Shown one piece after another: positions 1 to 13,199 of a stretch of 64,000 bases of DNA. Numbering within the stretch: the first letter of the stretch is position 1; every line of letters begins with the position of its first letter. Where the stretch lies: the NCBI GenBank assembly GCA_964252035.1, contig OZ176202.1. One strand, written 5' to 3'. The translations under genes and the position numbers were made by a program. Under the pieces are notes generated by a model that was not told where the DNA came from, made no database searches, and saw only the letters and a program-made list of their open reading frames with translations. The stretch comes from Podarcis erhardii. Lineage: Eukaryota.

Positions 1-1335
1 GAAGCATTTATTGATTTACTTACAATATTTCTATACTGCCCATCAACAAAAAATTCTCTGGGCAGTTTACATATAGAAGTTAAGCTATGAAATGTAAAAA
101 TAGAAGAAAGGCATAAAATATTAATCAGTTAAAACAGCATCAGAAAACAACAATAGTGCACAGAACTTAAAAATACACTAAATCTAAATGACATTTGAAA
201 ATAAAAAAGTATTCATTTGGCACCAAAAAGACCACAACCTTTTTGGAGATAACAGTCTACAACTGGGGCCTCACCACTAAAAAGACCCTTTACCCAGTGG
301 CCACCCACCTCACCTCATTGGGTGGGAGCACCTACAGACAGACCTCTGAAGATGATCTTGGGGTCCAGGTACATCTACACGGGAGGAGACTATCTTCAGT
401 CAATACCAACACTGGGCCCAGAAATTGACTAGGAGTCAGTGCAGTTAACAAAGCATTGGTGTTCTTTTTGTCCTATTTTAAACCAGCTGGATTTTTTGGA
501 CTGTTTTCTAAGGCAACTCCATATATATCTCATTGTGGTATTCCTATTGCTTGCCTTTCAGAACTGCACTGTAAACAGGCCATCTGGAAAGGTTCAGCTA
601 AATAACACTGAGAATACAGTGGTGAACATAATTTTTTAATTTAGCAGCAACACTCCCACAGAATAATCTCAATATAATGATCCGGTCTCAGCACAAGTCT
701 TCATTTCTCTGCATTTAAGCTGTCTCCCATCTTGTTTAATTGCCCTCACCATAACCATAACCATAATAATATCCCGCTTCTTCCCCAGAAACAGGTATCA
801 GTATAGCTATATACCAAAATGCTGCCCAGGTTCTGCTAAGGAGAAGGACACCTGGGCACTATGATGTCAACTGCCAAGTCATCTCCATATTCTACAGAGC
901 AACTAAGGCTTCAACAGCAGGGCCAAACATACCAGAAGTCCTACAGAGCCCCCATTAGGCTTCAGGGGTGACCCATTTCAATAGGTCTCCATCCATTCAC
1001 AGGGGGGAAATCTAAACCTCAAGAGGAAGTAACCATGACAAGGGATTCATGTTAAATTCCCCACTTTCAGATCTCCAACCTCCTGCCTTTTTGAAAGAAA
1101 GAAAAACCCAGTCAGGAGTGTGTCCTCTTACAGAAACATTTTCAATTCATGAAACATTTTTTTATTATTACCAGACTTTAACAATTAAGTATGTATCACA
1201 TCTGATCTGGCGATTTCCCCCAATAATTTCTTCTCCATAAGGAACTTGTTGTTTCACTAAGAAGTTACTTATCTTTTGGAGAGTAACTAGTATTTCAGCT
1301 CAGCAAGAAGCAGAGAAAATTATGTAATACTGCAC

Positions 1336-1441
1336 CTGTGTATTTCAGGACTCTTTTGCCGGGTGCTATGTTCTTCAGTAGACTTCTGATAAGCAGTGAA
1401 CCTCTCACTTAGGGTCATTCCAGCTGACTTGAAATATTGTT
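1336..1441 (-). CDS. BCLAF1: BCLAF1 coding exon 5 ([36 protein letters not shown])
   Basis: Acceptor ccaacag, donor gtgcag; 106 nt; phase 1 in, phase 2 out. Confidence 0.95.
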
Positions 1442-4400
1442 CTGTTGGTTGCAGAGGACAAATACTGTCTAATTTTACTACACACACACACATATATATA
1501 ATACCAAACAAGGATGTAAAAGAAGCAAATGAATTCTTAAAATATACAAGACACAAAAATAACATTTGTCCCCACATCTTTCTTAAAGTACAGCAACAGG
1601 TAACCATTGTATTTTACAATTTTCTCTACACATACACTCTGCCCAGTACGACTACGAATTCAAAAAACGTAACTTTTTAATGCCGGAGACAGTTCTTTTT
1701 GCCAAACATTTTTGCTTTGTGCCCAGAAGAGCAGAATACATTGCTGTATTTGTAGAGGAAAATATTACAAATTTAAAGAGAGCTTCTTTGGTTATTTAAT
1801 TAATTGATAGATATAGAGCTAAGTGTTCTTCATTAATGTTGTAACCCTACACACGTTTATATTAGAGTAAGCCCTCTTAAATTCACTTGGACTCATTTCT
1901 AAGTAAACATATATAAGATAAAGATATGGGAGGTTTTTTCCTTAAAAGGAACACAACTTCTTCTTTTCAGACCAGAATGAAGACCTTAACAGCTGAATAT
2001 ATTTAAACATCTGGCATCTTGGCAAACTTGGTAGCATATTTAAAAGTTTCCTTTTTTTAACCCAAGACCATTAAATTAGTAACACACATTACATTTTGAA
2101 AGACCAGTTCAACAGATGTTTGAATGTAAATGTAAAAGAGAAACACGTGTATAATTATAACGGACTGTTAAATGCTACAAATAAAGCAAGCTATCCGCTT
2201 AACAGGTCAATGTACATCTGTATCAACTTACCGCCCAACATCCAGCACATCTCTCATAACCAATCATTAAAACTTGATATGGCCACTACAAGGGTAGTGC
2301 CTCAATCATAATTCCATCAAACACAGGAATTTGAGCTAGCAACTCAGTTTTTGTGCCATTTTTGCCAGGAAGATAGAAGGTTCAACTTTGCCTGTTTGTG
2401 CATCTGTTATCTTTCAACAGCTATTTTACTTTTGTAATATGGATTTTGCCATTTCAAAACACATTCCAGGACCTAGTTGCAATGAAAAAGAAAATATCAC
2501 TGGGCATTTTCAGCTCTAGGAAAGTGAAGAGCTGTTTAGTCTAGCTGCATTGCACCAATAATGTAAAATTACTACTATGTTTTTACCAAAACTCGATCCA
2601 CAGGTTTTGTTTTGTTTTTTCAAGTGTGTAAAAAGATTGAAATACCTTCGGAAACAAATTATGATTTAGACACAGCACTAATTTGGTCACAGATCTGGTC
2701 AAATTGTGTATTTTATATATTCACTGGAACCATTCAAATTAAATGATCTCTTTAGCTAGCATAATGTCAGGGATTTCATAATTTGGTAAAACATTTTCTG
2801 GGTAGGGAAGCTTATTAAGATTTGTTTTGCAGTTCTCAAATTGGAATGAATTGAAAATGTTTAGAAGATCAGCTCACAACTACAGTCGATGTACAAATAT
2901 AACACAAGACATACAGAAATGCAACTTTCTATCTAGGCCAAGATAAATACTTCATTCTAAGGGTGACATCCAATGATGTACACCCACTTGCATAAAGAAA
3001 ATTTGCTTATGCAATATGACTACTGGTTTCTCTTCTCCACCCTCCAGCTCCTTGCAGCTCCAAAATCTGCTCAAGGGTCCCCCAACTCACCAGGGCAGAT
3101 TTGGGGGCATGCAAGGGAGAGAAGGATAAGATGGCTTGTTACGAGAACAAATGCTGGCTCTTGCTATGTTGGATCTCATCCTATAGTAGGCAAAAAAATC
3201 AATTGTCTGCTCCTCCCTTGATGAACAATTAGCAACATCTAAGTTAGTACAGTGAGAGAACTAAAAGGATAAGAGAATGAATTTTCAGTAACTTTATTAT
3301 AATATTGTGCCCCATGTTGCATAACTGTTAGAGATCTGGTCAATCAGTCCATATACTATGTTATTTTCAATATTTTCACCAGCAAATTCACATCTTTGAA
3401 ATTCTTCATGATTTATTACTATTATAACAAAACTAGCTGTTCCTCAAGAAAAAGCAACATAAAGCAGGAAATTTAGGGTGGTATTTAACTACATTCTTGA
3501 AATAGCAAAATGAAACCCCCTCTTCTCCCCCATCATCCCCAAATCTGCTCTGGAGGGCTGGGGGAACTCCAGAACAGATTTCATGGGTGCACAGGGGAAG
3601 AACATACCATTGCACAAGGAAATCCTTACATCAACAGAATGTTCACATTAGTGCTACACTGAACACAACCCAAAATCTGTCCTTAATCAAGATGTCCTGC
3701 AGTTGGTATTTGCTGAGCTTGAGTGATGGTGCCTTCCAATGAATACATTTGGCAGACCCACTATTCAAACTAAAGTATATGCATGTGGAAATGTTAGGAA
3801 AACAGCTATACATATCAGTAACATTAGATAAGAGAATTAACTGTAGCTAAGCAATAAAGCACATATTTTGCAAGCTCAAGGTTCCATATTGAATCCCAGG
3901 CCTCTCAAGTTAAAAAGAGGAGTAGGTAACATGAAAGACCTCTGATTGTTACACAAAACCATACTGGGCTAAGTAGACAAAAAGTCTGACCAAAATTAAG
4001 GTAGCTACCTATGCTCTCTTCCCAAATGCCTACTTCACCAGGGGGGAAACCCTAATGGCTAACATCTCTAGACTTATATGTAAACACATTCAGCTAGTGT
4101 TTTGCAAACACAGCCACATGCCTCTGGCTGAAACTGAAAATCTTCCCCTTCTAATCCCAGCTTGATTCAAATATATGACTGAGCAATGTCATATGTGGAT
4201 GCTTTTGTTTTGTTTTGTTGGATTCAGAGGTAGGTCTTGGGACTTGCCTACGCCAAGTAGCAGCTTTCTAGCTAGCAAGTAAGAGTTATCACCGTTTTGA
4301 GGAGAAACTTAGAAATCTATTAGTAACCAGGGTGTCTTTAAATATATATTTCTAGAAGAATATCATTTGAATCAGTCAGGCAATCCCAATCAGCTTTAAA

Positions 4401-7400
4401 TATAACTAATTTAAATGCAACTCATTTAATTACAAAATAAGAAAAGTGCTAACACACTAAAATCTAACTAAGATTGGCTTCAGTGCACTGTTCCTTGTAC
4501 ATGTAACAGCTAGGCTACAGCCTGGCCTCCAACTTGCCATTCCATCTTTCACTTTACAGGTGGTCCAGTGCACTGAGGCTGGGGTTATAATGTCTGTCTG
4601 TGCCCCCTGTACTTCCAAGTGACATAAGATTGCTCTTACCCATAGTGTTTAGTAGATCTGCTCCTATGCACAGAAAGGGTAACATCCAAGACTACAGTTC
4701 CAATTGTGTAATATATTTCTTTGTACAATCAAACTTCCCCTTCCTCTCTTCCCACTTTTAGCTCCCATGCCCCTCAAATCTGCTTGATAGTTCAGAGACC
4801 TTTCAGAGAAGATCTGCAGAGGGCAACAGGGTGGAGAAGAGAAATAGGAAGTCCCATTGAGCAAGTGGAAGTCCACTCACATGACAATGGAGGTCACTCA
4901 GAGAGTTCATGGGACTATGGAGGGGGCACACTGGGAGATTTTATATGACATTATTCATATTCATCTCAAAATAGAGTATGCAACTATGGAGAGGAGCATG
5001 CATTCCATTTGCCCACTGGGGCTATGCAATGCTGTGTGTCTCTGGATTCCCAAACAACTAATGATTTTGAAGTTCAGCCCTGTACAACTAAGGACAACTA
5101 ACTTCACACTCCCATGCCAATCTCTGCCCTTTGGGTACCATCCAAGGCCTACCCAGCTATAAATGGACTGCCTAAGCTCCTTAACACTGGAGCAGGAGAC
5201 CCAACTTCTGGCTGTAAGTTGAAAAACAAACACTTACACCTATGCAAGGCTATTTAGTCAGCAATGCACTTAGTTCCACTACATATAGACATGAGGATGA
5301 CTTAATTTGTCACTACAGAATTCCTACTGGAGTGTGACAGTAAGGATCAAGGAGACTTAACTAAAAAGACGTTATGCTGCATTTCTCTGTTATATTGACA
5401 TGTAGTGCAAACCAAAATTATTCAAGACCAGATGAAATCTCAGCAAGTTGTAACTGTATCAGATACACATGCACACAATTAGATGCAAGAGACTGGCCTA
5501 TGCCAGAGGCACAAAACTCAAATCACCCCAAGGGCCACTTTCTTATTAGGAAACCACTATATTTCCCACAATGTTATGCTTTTATGCCAGCACTTTATTT
5601 AGTCATCTCTAACTAGGTTGCTCCGTACATCATAGCACACACTCATCTTTCCACCCGAACCTTTCTCAGTTAACCCTCTTTTTAATATTTCCTCCCCACC
5701 TACAGGGGTCTCTGCAGCTCAATTTCTGTTTCCCCCATCTTTTCACTGTGTATCTCTTAACACTATCTGCTCTCTCACCTCTATTATCCCCATCTTTTCC
5801 AATCTCTCTGTCCTACACATCTCTTTAATCTCAATCTCATTTCCTCCTCCTTTTCATGTGAATCCAGGGAAAAGAGGAATAATTTAAGTAACATCTGCCA
5901 AAGCTTCTCTAAAACTATGCAACACTCATCAAAATCTACATATCCATTTCCTAGAATGCTGAATGTTAGGATATATAACCATAAGAGGAAAGCATGAAGT
6001 CTACATGAACATAAAAGTGCTGAATTTCCCAATGGATTGACTTCACCATCACTTTCCTAATGCCATATGATGCTCACTTTGTATGGCAAATTCAAAGCAT
6101 ACCTTTGACATGATGAACTAAGGACACAATGTGCTGAATAAATGACTCTGATGTGCTTTTGCTGGCTTGTGGTAGCTTAATGTGGTCAAAGATGGATCGG
6201 AATTCTTGCTCCTTCTTGACTGAATGGACAAGTGTACTAGCAAGCAGCCTGTCTTTAGTCAAGGAAGCAGGTCTAAAGTACATAACACAAAAAGAAGAAC
6301 AAAAATTTATGAAAAGCAATTCCTTCATGGATAAGTGAAAACGGTTACAAATTCAGATAATTACCTGTTTGAATCATCAAGTGGTACAGGTGCCATTTTA
6401 AGTTTAACTTCAGGTCGATGAGAATCACTGGCTATCATTTTGATCCTAAGTGGGCTCTCCTCCCTGAAAGTAGATTTCTCTCTTGCATCCAAATTCTTGT
6501 GCAGGGGAGGACTATAATCAAAGAGTTCTTTGAGCTTCTCAGACTTTACCTGCTCAGGTGACTGGGTTTCTTTCTTCATCATTCTCTCAGATACTTTCTC
6601 AACTTCCTTGTGCGTATCTTTTAGTGCACTAGGCCTCTCCACTACATAGCTAGTTGTGTCTTTAAGCTTGTAACTTTTATCTTCTCTAAATCCTTCACTG
6701 TCTCTGTTTGCCTTCAGAGAGATTTTAGATTTATACTTTGAGCCTTCCTCCTCAGCATTCCGGTGAGATGCAGCAAAGCCCTTACCCTGATCTGCCAAAA
6801 CAGACTTTCTGAACTGTCTATAATCTTCAGTCTCCTCTGTGTCCTCCCCTTCAGAGTCATTAAATTTTTGTTTTCCAGATTCTTTATCCATATAATATTC
6901 CAAAGCTTCTTGGTCCTCCCACTCTCTCTCTCCCTCTGTCCTCCCTTTTTCTAGCCCTCTCTCCTTCTGAGCATCTTTCTCCCTAGCATTACTCCTCTCA
7001 AGCAGGTATACTCTAGACTCTTCATCTGTGTACCTGTGGATGGCAAAGAAGAGAAGAATAACTCCCAACTGCTTTCATTTCAGTCTGTAGCATTTATCCT
7101 TATGGCATCCCAACTCCACAAAATGAGTACCAAAGAAAACAAATTTAATTATACAATTATAATGTTTTTTATATATTGACTGATGAGATTCTTCAGTGGC
7201 TCTTCAGATTTTTTAGCTATTTCTTGCACAAGTTCCTGTACTTCTGTGCCTATTTTATTTTGTAAGAAAACTGCTCTCTTTTACAAATCATTATTTTTCT
7301 TAAATACATTTCAGCATCCCATTTAATTCCAGAAGTTCAGAGCATATAACACTGTCAAAAAACAGCTTATAAAAATGTCTTCTTACACTGCTTACATAGT

Positions 7401-9816
7401 AGAACACACTTACAATCTAGATACAATAAATTGCAAGGCATTTGCCAAAGCAGTTACTGAAGCAATACAATGTGGTTTTTAGTCTCTATCCTATATATTA
7501 AAAGTACATCTAGCCCCCTAGTCTATTTCATTTGTAATCTTCTACGATATTTGTATGCCATTTATTATATATTACTAAGCTAATAGAATAATTTTTCCTT
7601 TATAAAAAATAATATATTTCAGAAAATATATTCAGTAAATTGAGAAGTGAACAGAATTGTACTATCTATCCTGAGAAACAGGATATCAGAGAAACAGATT
7701 TCCAACTGGTTGAATATTTCATTTTTAAAAGACACAACATTGCATAAATGGTTACAGCTATGTTCAGTTCTACAGATACATTATAAACAAAGGTGAGAAC
7801 CTTGTCAGCTAGAAAGTTGCCAATGTCCAGTTTAAATTTTAACAATTTCTCTGCTGAAGATAGATACAATCTTGCACTTTTGAAAAATCTAGGCCACCAC
7901 AATGGTATTTCCTTTACCAAGACAAAAGGATCTTTCAGCACTACTGCTTAACACTGCTAGAGCAACTCTTATTAAAGCTGTAAAAAATATGGGAAAATCA
8001 CTCTCATAACAGGACTCTGTTAATACACATTAATCGGCAGTATATTTCTTTAATTGCTTCCAATGAAGACACTGTAACATACTAATGAAAACGTATATTT
8101 ACAGCTCTGACTGAGAAACAATGAAAAGTTCATGTATACATTCCTAAGTCAGAACCTTAGTATAACCAGCATAAAATTAGAGAAAATTCAGGTACTTTTC
8201 ATTGCACAATATACATGTATAAAGAAGTATGCTTACTGTACTATTTATGTTATCTTTATTTTTGTAGTTATAGTTCCTACCTTTTCAGAAATTTTGCACC
8301 CTTTGTACTTTCTTGATCCCCAGCTTCAGGATAAAAAGAACGTATCCGAGATTCCTCACGTGGAGCATTCTGTGATGCAACTGCTTTAGCAGGACTTCTC
8401 CTTGAAGGAATGTGATGCAGCGGGCTATTCTGGGAAGGGCTATAGCGACTAGAGCCATTTCCAAGGGAGCCAGACCCAGACCTCTCAGGGCTATGCTGAA
8501 TGGAATGCGAGTGCTGAGGTGTGTTTTTTGCTGAGTGGACTGTGCTGAGTAAGTGGGCATCAGAGCATGAGGAACTCTGACTAGGTGGGGAAGCAATAGA
8601 AGGACTATGGGGAGACCTTGGACTGTTATCATATGCTGAAAGGCCAGGCCAAATATCACCTGAAGCTGCTGCAGATTTACTGAAATCATCTAGTGCCTCA
8701 GAAGGATCATGTTCAAATGCGCCCTTTTCCTCCTCTTGTGATTTATTTTTTAATGGACTGTCTTGTAAAGCAGCTCCCTCCGTTTTCTTTGCTTGCTTTT
8801 CTGATGACCCACGTCTTTTAGAAGATACGGGAGACTTGCTATATGGAGATGAAGACCGAGATGAAGAGGATCTTGGAGACCTAGAAGATCTGTAGGATCG
8901 GCGAGATCTGCTCCGAGATCTCTGGGAAGAGACTGACCTTCTCTTTGGACTTCTAGAACGTGAGCGACCTCGTCTAGGGCTTCGAGAGTGTCTTCTATTC
9001 CAAACAGGTCTGTAACCTCCACGGTGGTATCTACCTCCACCTCCTGGGTAATATCCTCTACCTCTTCCTCTATAGCCATAGGGGCGTCTCATTCCTCTAT
9101 TATTTCTGTAATCTCTGCGGTAATCTCTATTATAAACACGATCTCTACTGCGAGATCGTGAGTACGTCCTAGACCGAGACCTAGAACTAAGATAAATAGA
9201 AATGTTAGTGCCCATAGTTTATGACTCTTCTAAAATAAGAGTTACCCATATTATGTACAGTGGCATGGCCCAGAGACACCCCTGCCCCAAGTAGCTCCAT
9301 TAAGGTCAGGAGGCACTCTGAACAGCAGCCTTTTGAGGGTCAAAGTGCTGTGTCGATGGAATAAAATACAGAAGCCCTCCCTCAAAGAAATGTGCAGATA
9401 GCTATTCTTTCTGTTTATATGAGCTGGAGGGGGCTGGGGAGAGTCAGGGTAAAAAATCAGAGCAACTAATTCCCTTTGTTTCTCTTGTTTATAAGCATTT
9501 CTTTCTTGACATTTCATCTGCTATAAGCATTAAGTCCTGTACATCCTCTGCAACTACTCCACACCCAACGGTAGTCTACAAGCTTCAGTAGCCAAAGCAA
9601 AAAATGTCATTCTTAGCATGCATTTTAAATTTCTGCTAATAATAAAGTCTGTCTTTCAAATGTTTTAAAGAAATTAAACCACTGAGAATGTTAATAAATG
9701 GAAGAAATGTACCTGTATCTCTTTTTTCTAGAGTGTGATCTGGATCTTGACCTTGAACTGGACTGTGATCTGGATTTTGATCTTGAAGAATGTGATCTAG
9801 TGTTAGAGCGACCCAT
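1336..9816 (-). CDS. BCLAF1: BCLAF1 (Bcl-2-associated transcription factor 1), 5' partial spliced CDS: join of 9816-9713, 9186-8281, 7033-6365, 6272-6103, 1441-1336; continues beyond the left edge
   Basis: The five exons join in frame at GT-AG boundaries (104+906+669+170+106 nt). Translation [44 protein letters not shown]...[13 protein letters not shown]...[15 protein letters not shown]...[19 protein letters not shown]...SPEIHR is recognisably BCLAF1 (RS-rich N-terminus, THRAP3/BCLAF1 family). Confidence 0.97.
6103..6272 (-). CDS. BCLAF1: BCLAF1 coding exon 4 ([56 protein letters not shown])
   Basis: Acceptor tactttag, donor gtatgc; 170 nt. Confidence 0.96.
6365..7033 (-). CDS. BCLAF1: BCLAF1 coding exon 3 (YTDEESRV...PLDDSNR)
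   Basis: Acceptor tccacag, donor gtaatt; 669 nt; lies within ORF 6361..7068. Confidence 0.96.
8281..9186 (-). CDS. BCLAF1: BCLAF1 coding exon 2 (RS-rich, [10 protein letters not shown]...KFLKR)
   Basis: Acceptor tatcttag, donor gtagga; 906 nt; lies within ORF 8277..9215. Confidence 0.97.
9713..9816 (-). CDS. BCLAF1: BCLAF1 first coding exon ([34 protein letters not shown]); exon probably begins at 9837
   Basis: ATG at 9816-9814 (context gggaaaATGG); donor gtacat after 104 coding nt; candidate acceptor tttggtag at 9839-9838. Confidence 0.95.
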
Positions 9817-10221
9817 TTTCCCCCCAGTAGCTTACACCTACCAAATAGAAAATAGTAAATTGAAACACATTACCTTAGTTTCAGGATGATCAATTCATAT
9901 ATGGATAGTGGTAAATTATATTTTAAAAAAAATCAAGAAGAAGCCATCCCACCCTTCAAAAAAAACTTTTCAAATTATCACTAATATCCTCAAACATTAT
10001 GTTCCACATTATGGCAAAGATCAGTGGAAAACACTATAGGTAACAGGGAACAAAAATGTCAAATATTCTTTCAATATTCACACTGAATACATTTAATGCT
10101 TATGCATTTTTGTGTGTGTGCTGTTCCTTTCTTGATTAAAAAGACCTTTCATTTATCCTTGTCTATATTGAACTAAAAATAGTCACTAACTACTCTACTG
10201 TTCTTTACCCCAAAGATCTAC

Positions 10222-10407
10222 CTTTGATCCATAACTCAGAAAGTCACTCAAAACACCTATTCTTTTTGGGAGCAGTTACAAAGTACCAATCTCTATAGCC
10301 ACAGCAGGTGCTGTGATTCTCCAGAGGTTTGAATTCACCCCCAGAGATGCACTCTATTGTCTCTTGAGACAGATGGATGCCAGCAAACTCCATCCCCCCA
10401 AATGAAA
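10222..10407 (-). other. BCLAF1: Possible BCLAF1 5'UTR exon 2 (boundaries uncertain)
   Basis: Non-repetitive block between candidate acceptor atatttatag (10409-10408) and candidate donors caaag|gtagat (10221) or atag|gtgttt (10256). Mammalian BCLAF1 has a second non-coding exon at this relative position. Inference only. Confidence 0.35.
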
Positions 10408-12569
10408 CTATAAATATATGGTTTAATAAAACAACAACAACAACAAATTATTTATACCCTGCACATCTGGCTGGGTTTCCTCAGCCACTCTGGGCGGCTT
10501 CCATTTTAATGGTCTTAAAAATATTTAAACTAGCTAAGTATTTAGCTTACCTTGCAATCCTGCTAGACAAGAAATGGATTTAAAATTCTTGGTATGCACT
10601 CAAATGTTTAATTCCTGTTTTTAAAAAACAAAACAAAAGCAGATGTTATTTGACTGCATAGTTAATACAGGTTTTAAAAAATGCTTGAAGTATTTAAACA
10701 GAGAAGATCTGAAGCACAGTCTGATGTGGTGGGTTATGTTGTTTCAAACTCAGAGTAGCATTTACTCAGTGCAACACTGTCTCACAGCCTGCTGAGTTTA
10801 AGTTGATTGTTCAGAAATACAGTACATGTTCAAATTGACTTAATTTATTGGCCTTTCCAAAAATTGCTCAGTAAGAATATATAAGCATTGTATCACAACG
10901 TTCTTGTATCTTACAGTAACCTATCCTAGTGCCACCACCTATTGTGGTGCCACAAATTAATAAAGAGGTTTGGGTTTGGGGCATAAAAGCCAGAGCTTAG
11001 TCAGAGCCCCTTACCTGCTTGGGAGCAACAGGAAACCTAAATCTAAGGCCCTGTCCTGATGTGAAGGTGCCAATGCTCTTTGCCTCTGAATGCAGTGCCT
11101 AATCCACCTAAAGTGCTGAACAATGGTATAAGGGACACACACAGAAAATATTTTCTGTATGTAAGAGCTCTCAATGAATCACAAAAAATATATGCTCAAC
11201 ATATACGGTTGCTTATACCTCAATACCTGCCTCTTTTCTGAATATGAATGTAATTTTCAGTATTCCAGCATAGTTAAAGAATTTATTTTATTTAGTGCAT
11301 TTATTTCTTCATTTCATCATAGAGCTCAAAGTGGCATATATGGAATTATCAGGTGGTCTCCCACCCAGGTGCTAACTAGTTACCAGACCTGTTTAACTTA
11401 AGCTTCAATGTGTGTCCTCAGACCAAGCAATGTAAGCCCAGACATTTAGCAAAATAAAAATGAACTTTTTTATTTTAAAAAGCCAGATTAAAATTAATCA
11501 CACATTTTTAATGTTATCTGGTAACAACCAACTCAAATGAACACATCTCACAATTCTTCCAGAACTGCAAGTCTATGACAAATCCATAATGGGAGAAAAA
11601 TACTGCACATACTAATCTGCACCACTTACTAGCCACTTTTAAAGTGATTTATACTTCTAACACTTTTAACAGGAAAGTACAATGGACTCTTCAAAAAAAG
11701 TTCTGACTAGTAAGTAACAGTGCTGTTACTTATTAACCCTACAGCAATAACTCTAAGATGCTCAGCCTAATATGAAATGGAGAAAATCTTAATGTAGCCT
11801 AACTTGCTATGAGAAATATAAATTTATGTCATTTATATACCACCCTTCTGCTGGCCTAAGAGTTCTGTAGAACTGCGATGGTTCTGTCAGGAGCTGATGA
11901 AATCTGCTCCCTGATCTAAACTTCTTCCTTCTGTCTTCCCTCAAGGTATAGTTCTTAAGAAGGTACTCAATAATTTTTCAGCTTGATGTTTTATTTTTTA
12001 TTGTCTTTGCAAATCTCATTAAAGAAAACATTAAAAAACAAAAGCTATGAGCCACCCTCCAGCACACACTCCCAAGATACATAAATGAGAGCTAGTTTGG
12101 TACAGCAGTTAGAGTGGTTAAAATAATAAGCATGACACACCCATTCATTAAGGAGCGTTCCTGGTGCATTTGCATGATTTACTGATCCAGCTTGTTTTTT
12201 CTGATAAGCCTCTGCTGATGTTGGAAAATTCTACCACCACTATCAAGTGTGACTTGACCATTCAATTACTTCTGATGCAGACAGAGTAGGCTGCCTGTTC
12301 CATCTCAGTGTGAGTCACTGAGCTAGGCTTACCAGCTTTCAGAACAGGAGAGCAAGTAATCCTGACATTTACACTCTGAAAGTAAAACCTTCTCAGGTAT
12401 GTGACCTGTTCCTTGCCATCATAATTTGGAAAGTGTTGCAGCCTAATAGTGAAATCTTTTCTTTCCTGTGTGAAAGTACAGGTACAAGCCCTAATACAAT
12501 TTGCTAATACAATCTCCCATAATGCTATTTGAAAGTCTTAATACTTAAAGAAGGAAGTATACCATATCA

Positions 12570-12822
12570 AGGAACCATAGCTCAATGGTAGAGCAACTGC
12601 TGACTGGTATGCCCCAGACTTAGTTGGTCTTAGACTTAGTTGGACTTAGTTGGTCTTAAAGACTTAGTTGGTCTTTAAGGTGCTACTGGAAGGAATTTGT
12701 TTTGTTTTGGTATGCCCCAGATACAGCAAGGAAAGACTGGAACCACAGAGCGCAGCTGCCTGTCAGTGAAGACACTACTGAGCTAGATAGACGAATGAGC
12801 TGACTTGGTGTAAGGCAGCTTC
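12570..12822 (+). mobile_element. tRNA-derived SINE with L2-like tail, interrupted by a Penelope-like fragment
   Basis: Head atagctcaatggtagagca; tail ctgagctagatagacgaatgagctgacttggtgtaaggcagcttcc. Related decayed copies near 3880-4010, 38720-38905, 48270-48460 and 55610-55775(-). Confidence 0.65.
12618..12707 (+). mobile_element. Short retro-insertion (Penelope-like terminus) with 13-bp TSD TGGTATGCCCCAG
   Basis: TSD at 12605-12617 and 12708-12720. The body cttagttggtctttaaggtgctactggaaggaattt matches the copy at 26980-27016. Family name from memory. Confidence 0.6.
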
Positions 12823-13199
12823 CCAAGTGCCAAATAATAATTATACCAAGTTCACTGTGGAGAAAGTCATAATTAACAACTCTTTTCTTGCTTTGACTTG
12901 GGTAAGCTCAATCACATGAAATGAATTGAAAGGGCTTGGAACACACTGTAAATTTTACCTCCAGATGCTGCTCTCAGAGGACATTTGCATGAGCCTGGAG
13001 CAATATCCACACACTGCTGCAGTTGAAAGATACTGCAATTACTGTGATAAGTCATTTTTTGTATCTGTTGGGAATGAAATTCTTAAGGATACACCCCCTT
13101 TCTTCAAGATAAGGCCTCCCTGGAAACACTCTTGAGCATCACTTGGAAGCAAGTTTAATCGTGCGGACTTGCCCAGAGTCCTGGCACTGTGTGAAGAAG

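Noticed and set aside
1-1335. Next BCLAF1 exon (RIDISPS...)
   Set aside because: No matching sequence found before the window edge; it presumably lies outside.
8132-9079. Alternative-frame and antisense ORFs over BCLAF1 exon 2 (also 6763-6954, 6153-6338)
   Set aside because: Shadows of the real low-complexity coding exons.
12618-12680. CRISPR-like direct repeats (also 30237-30324)
   Set aside because: No unique spacers of constant length, vertebrate context, no cas genes; these are stutter or tandem duplications.
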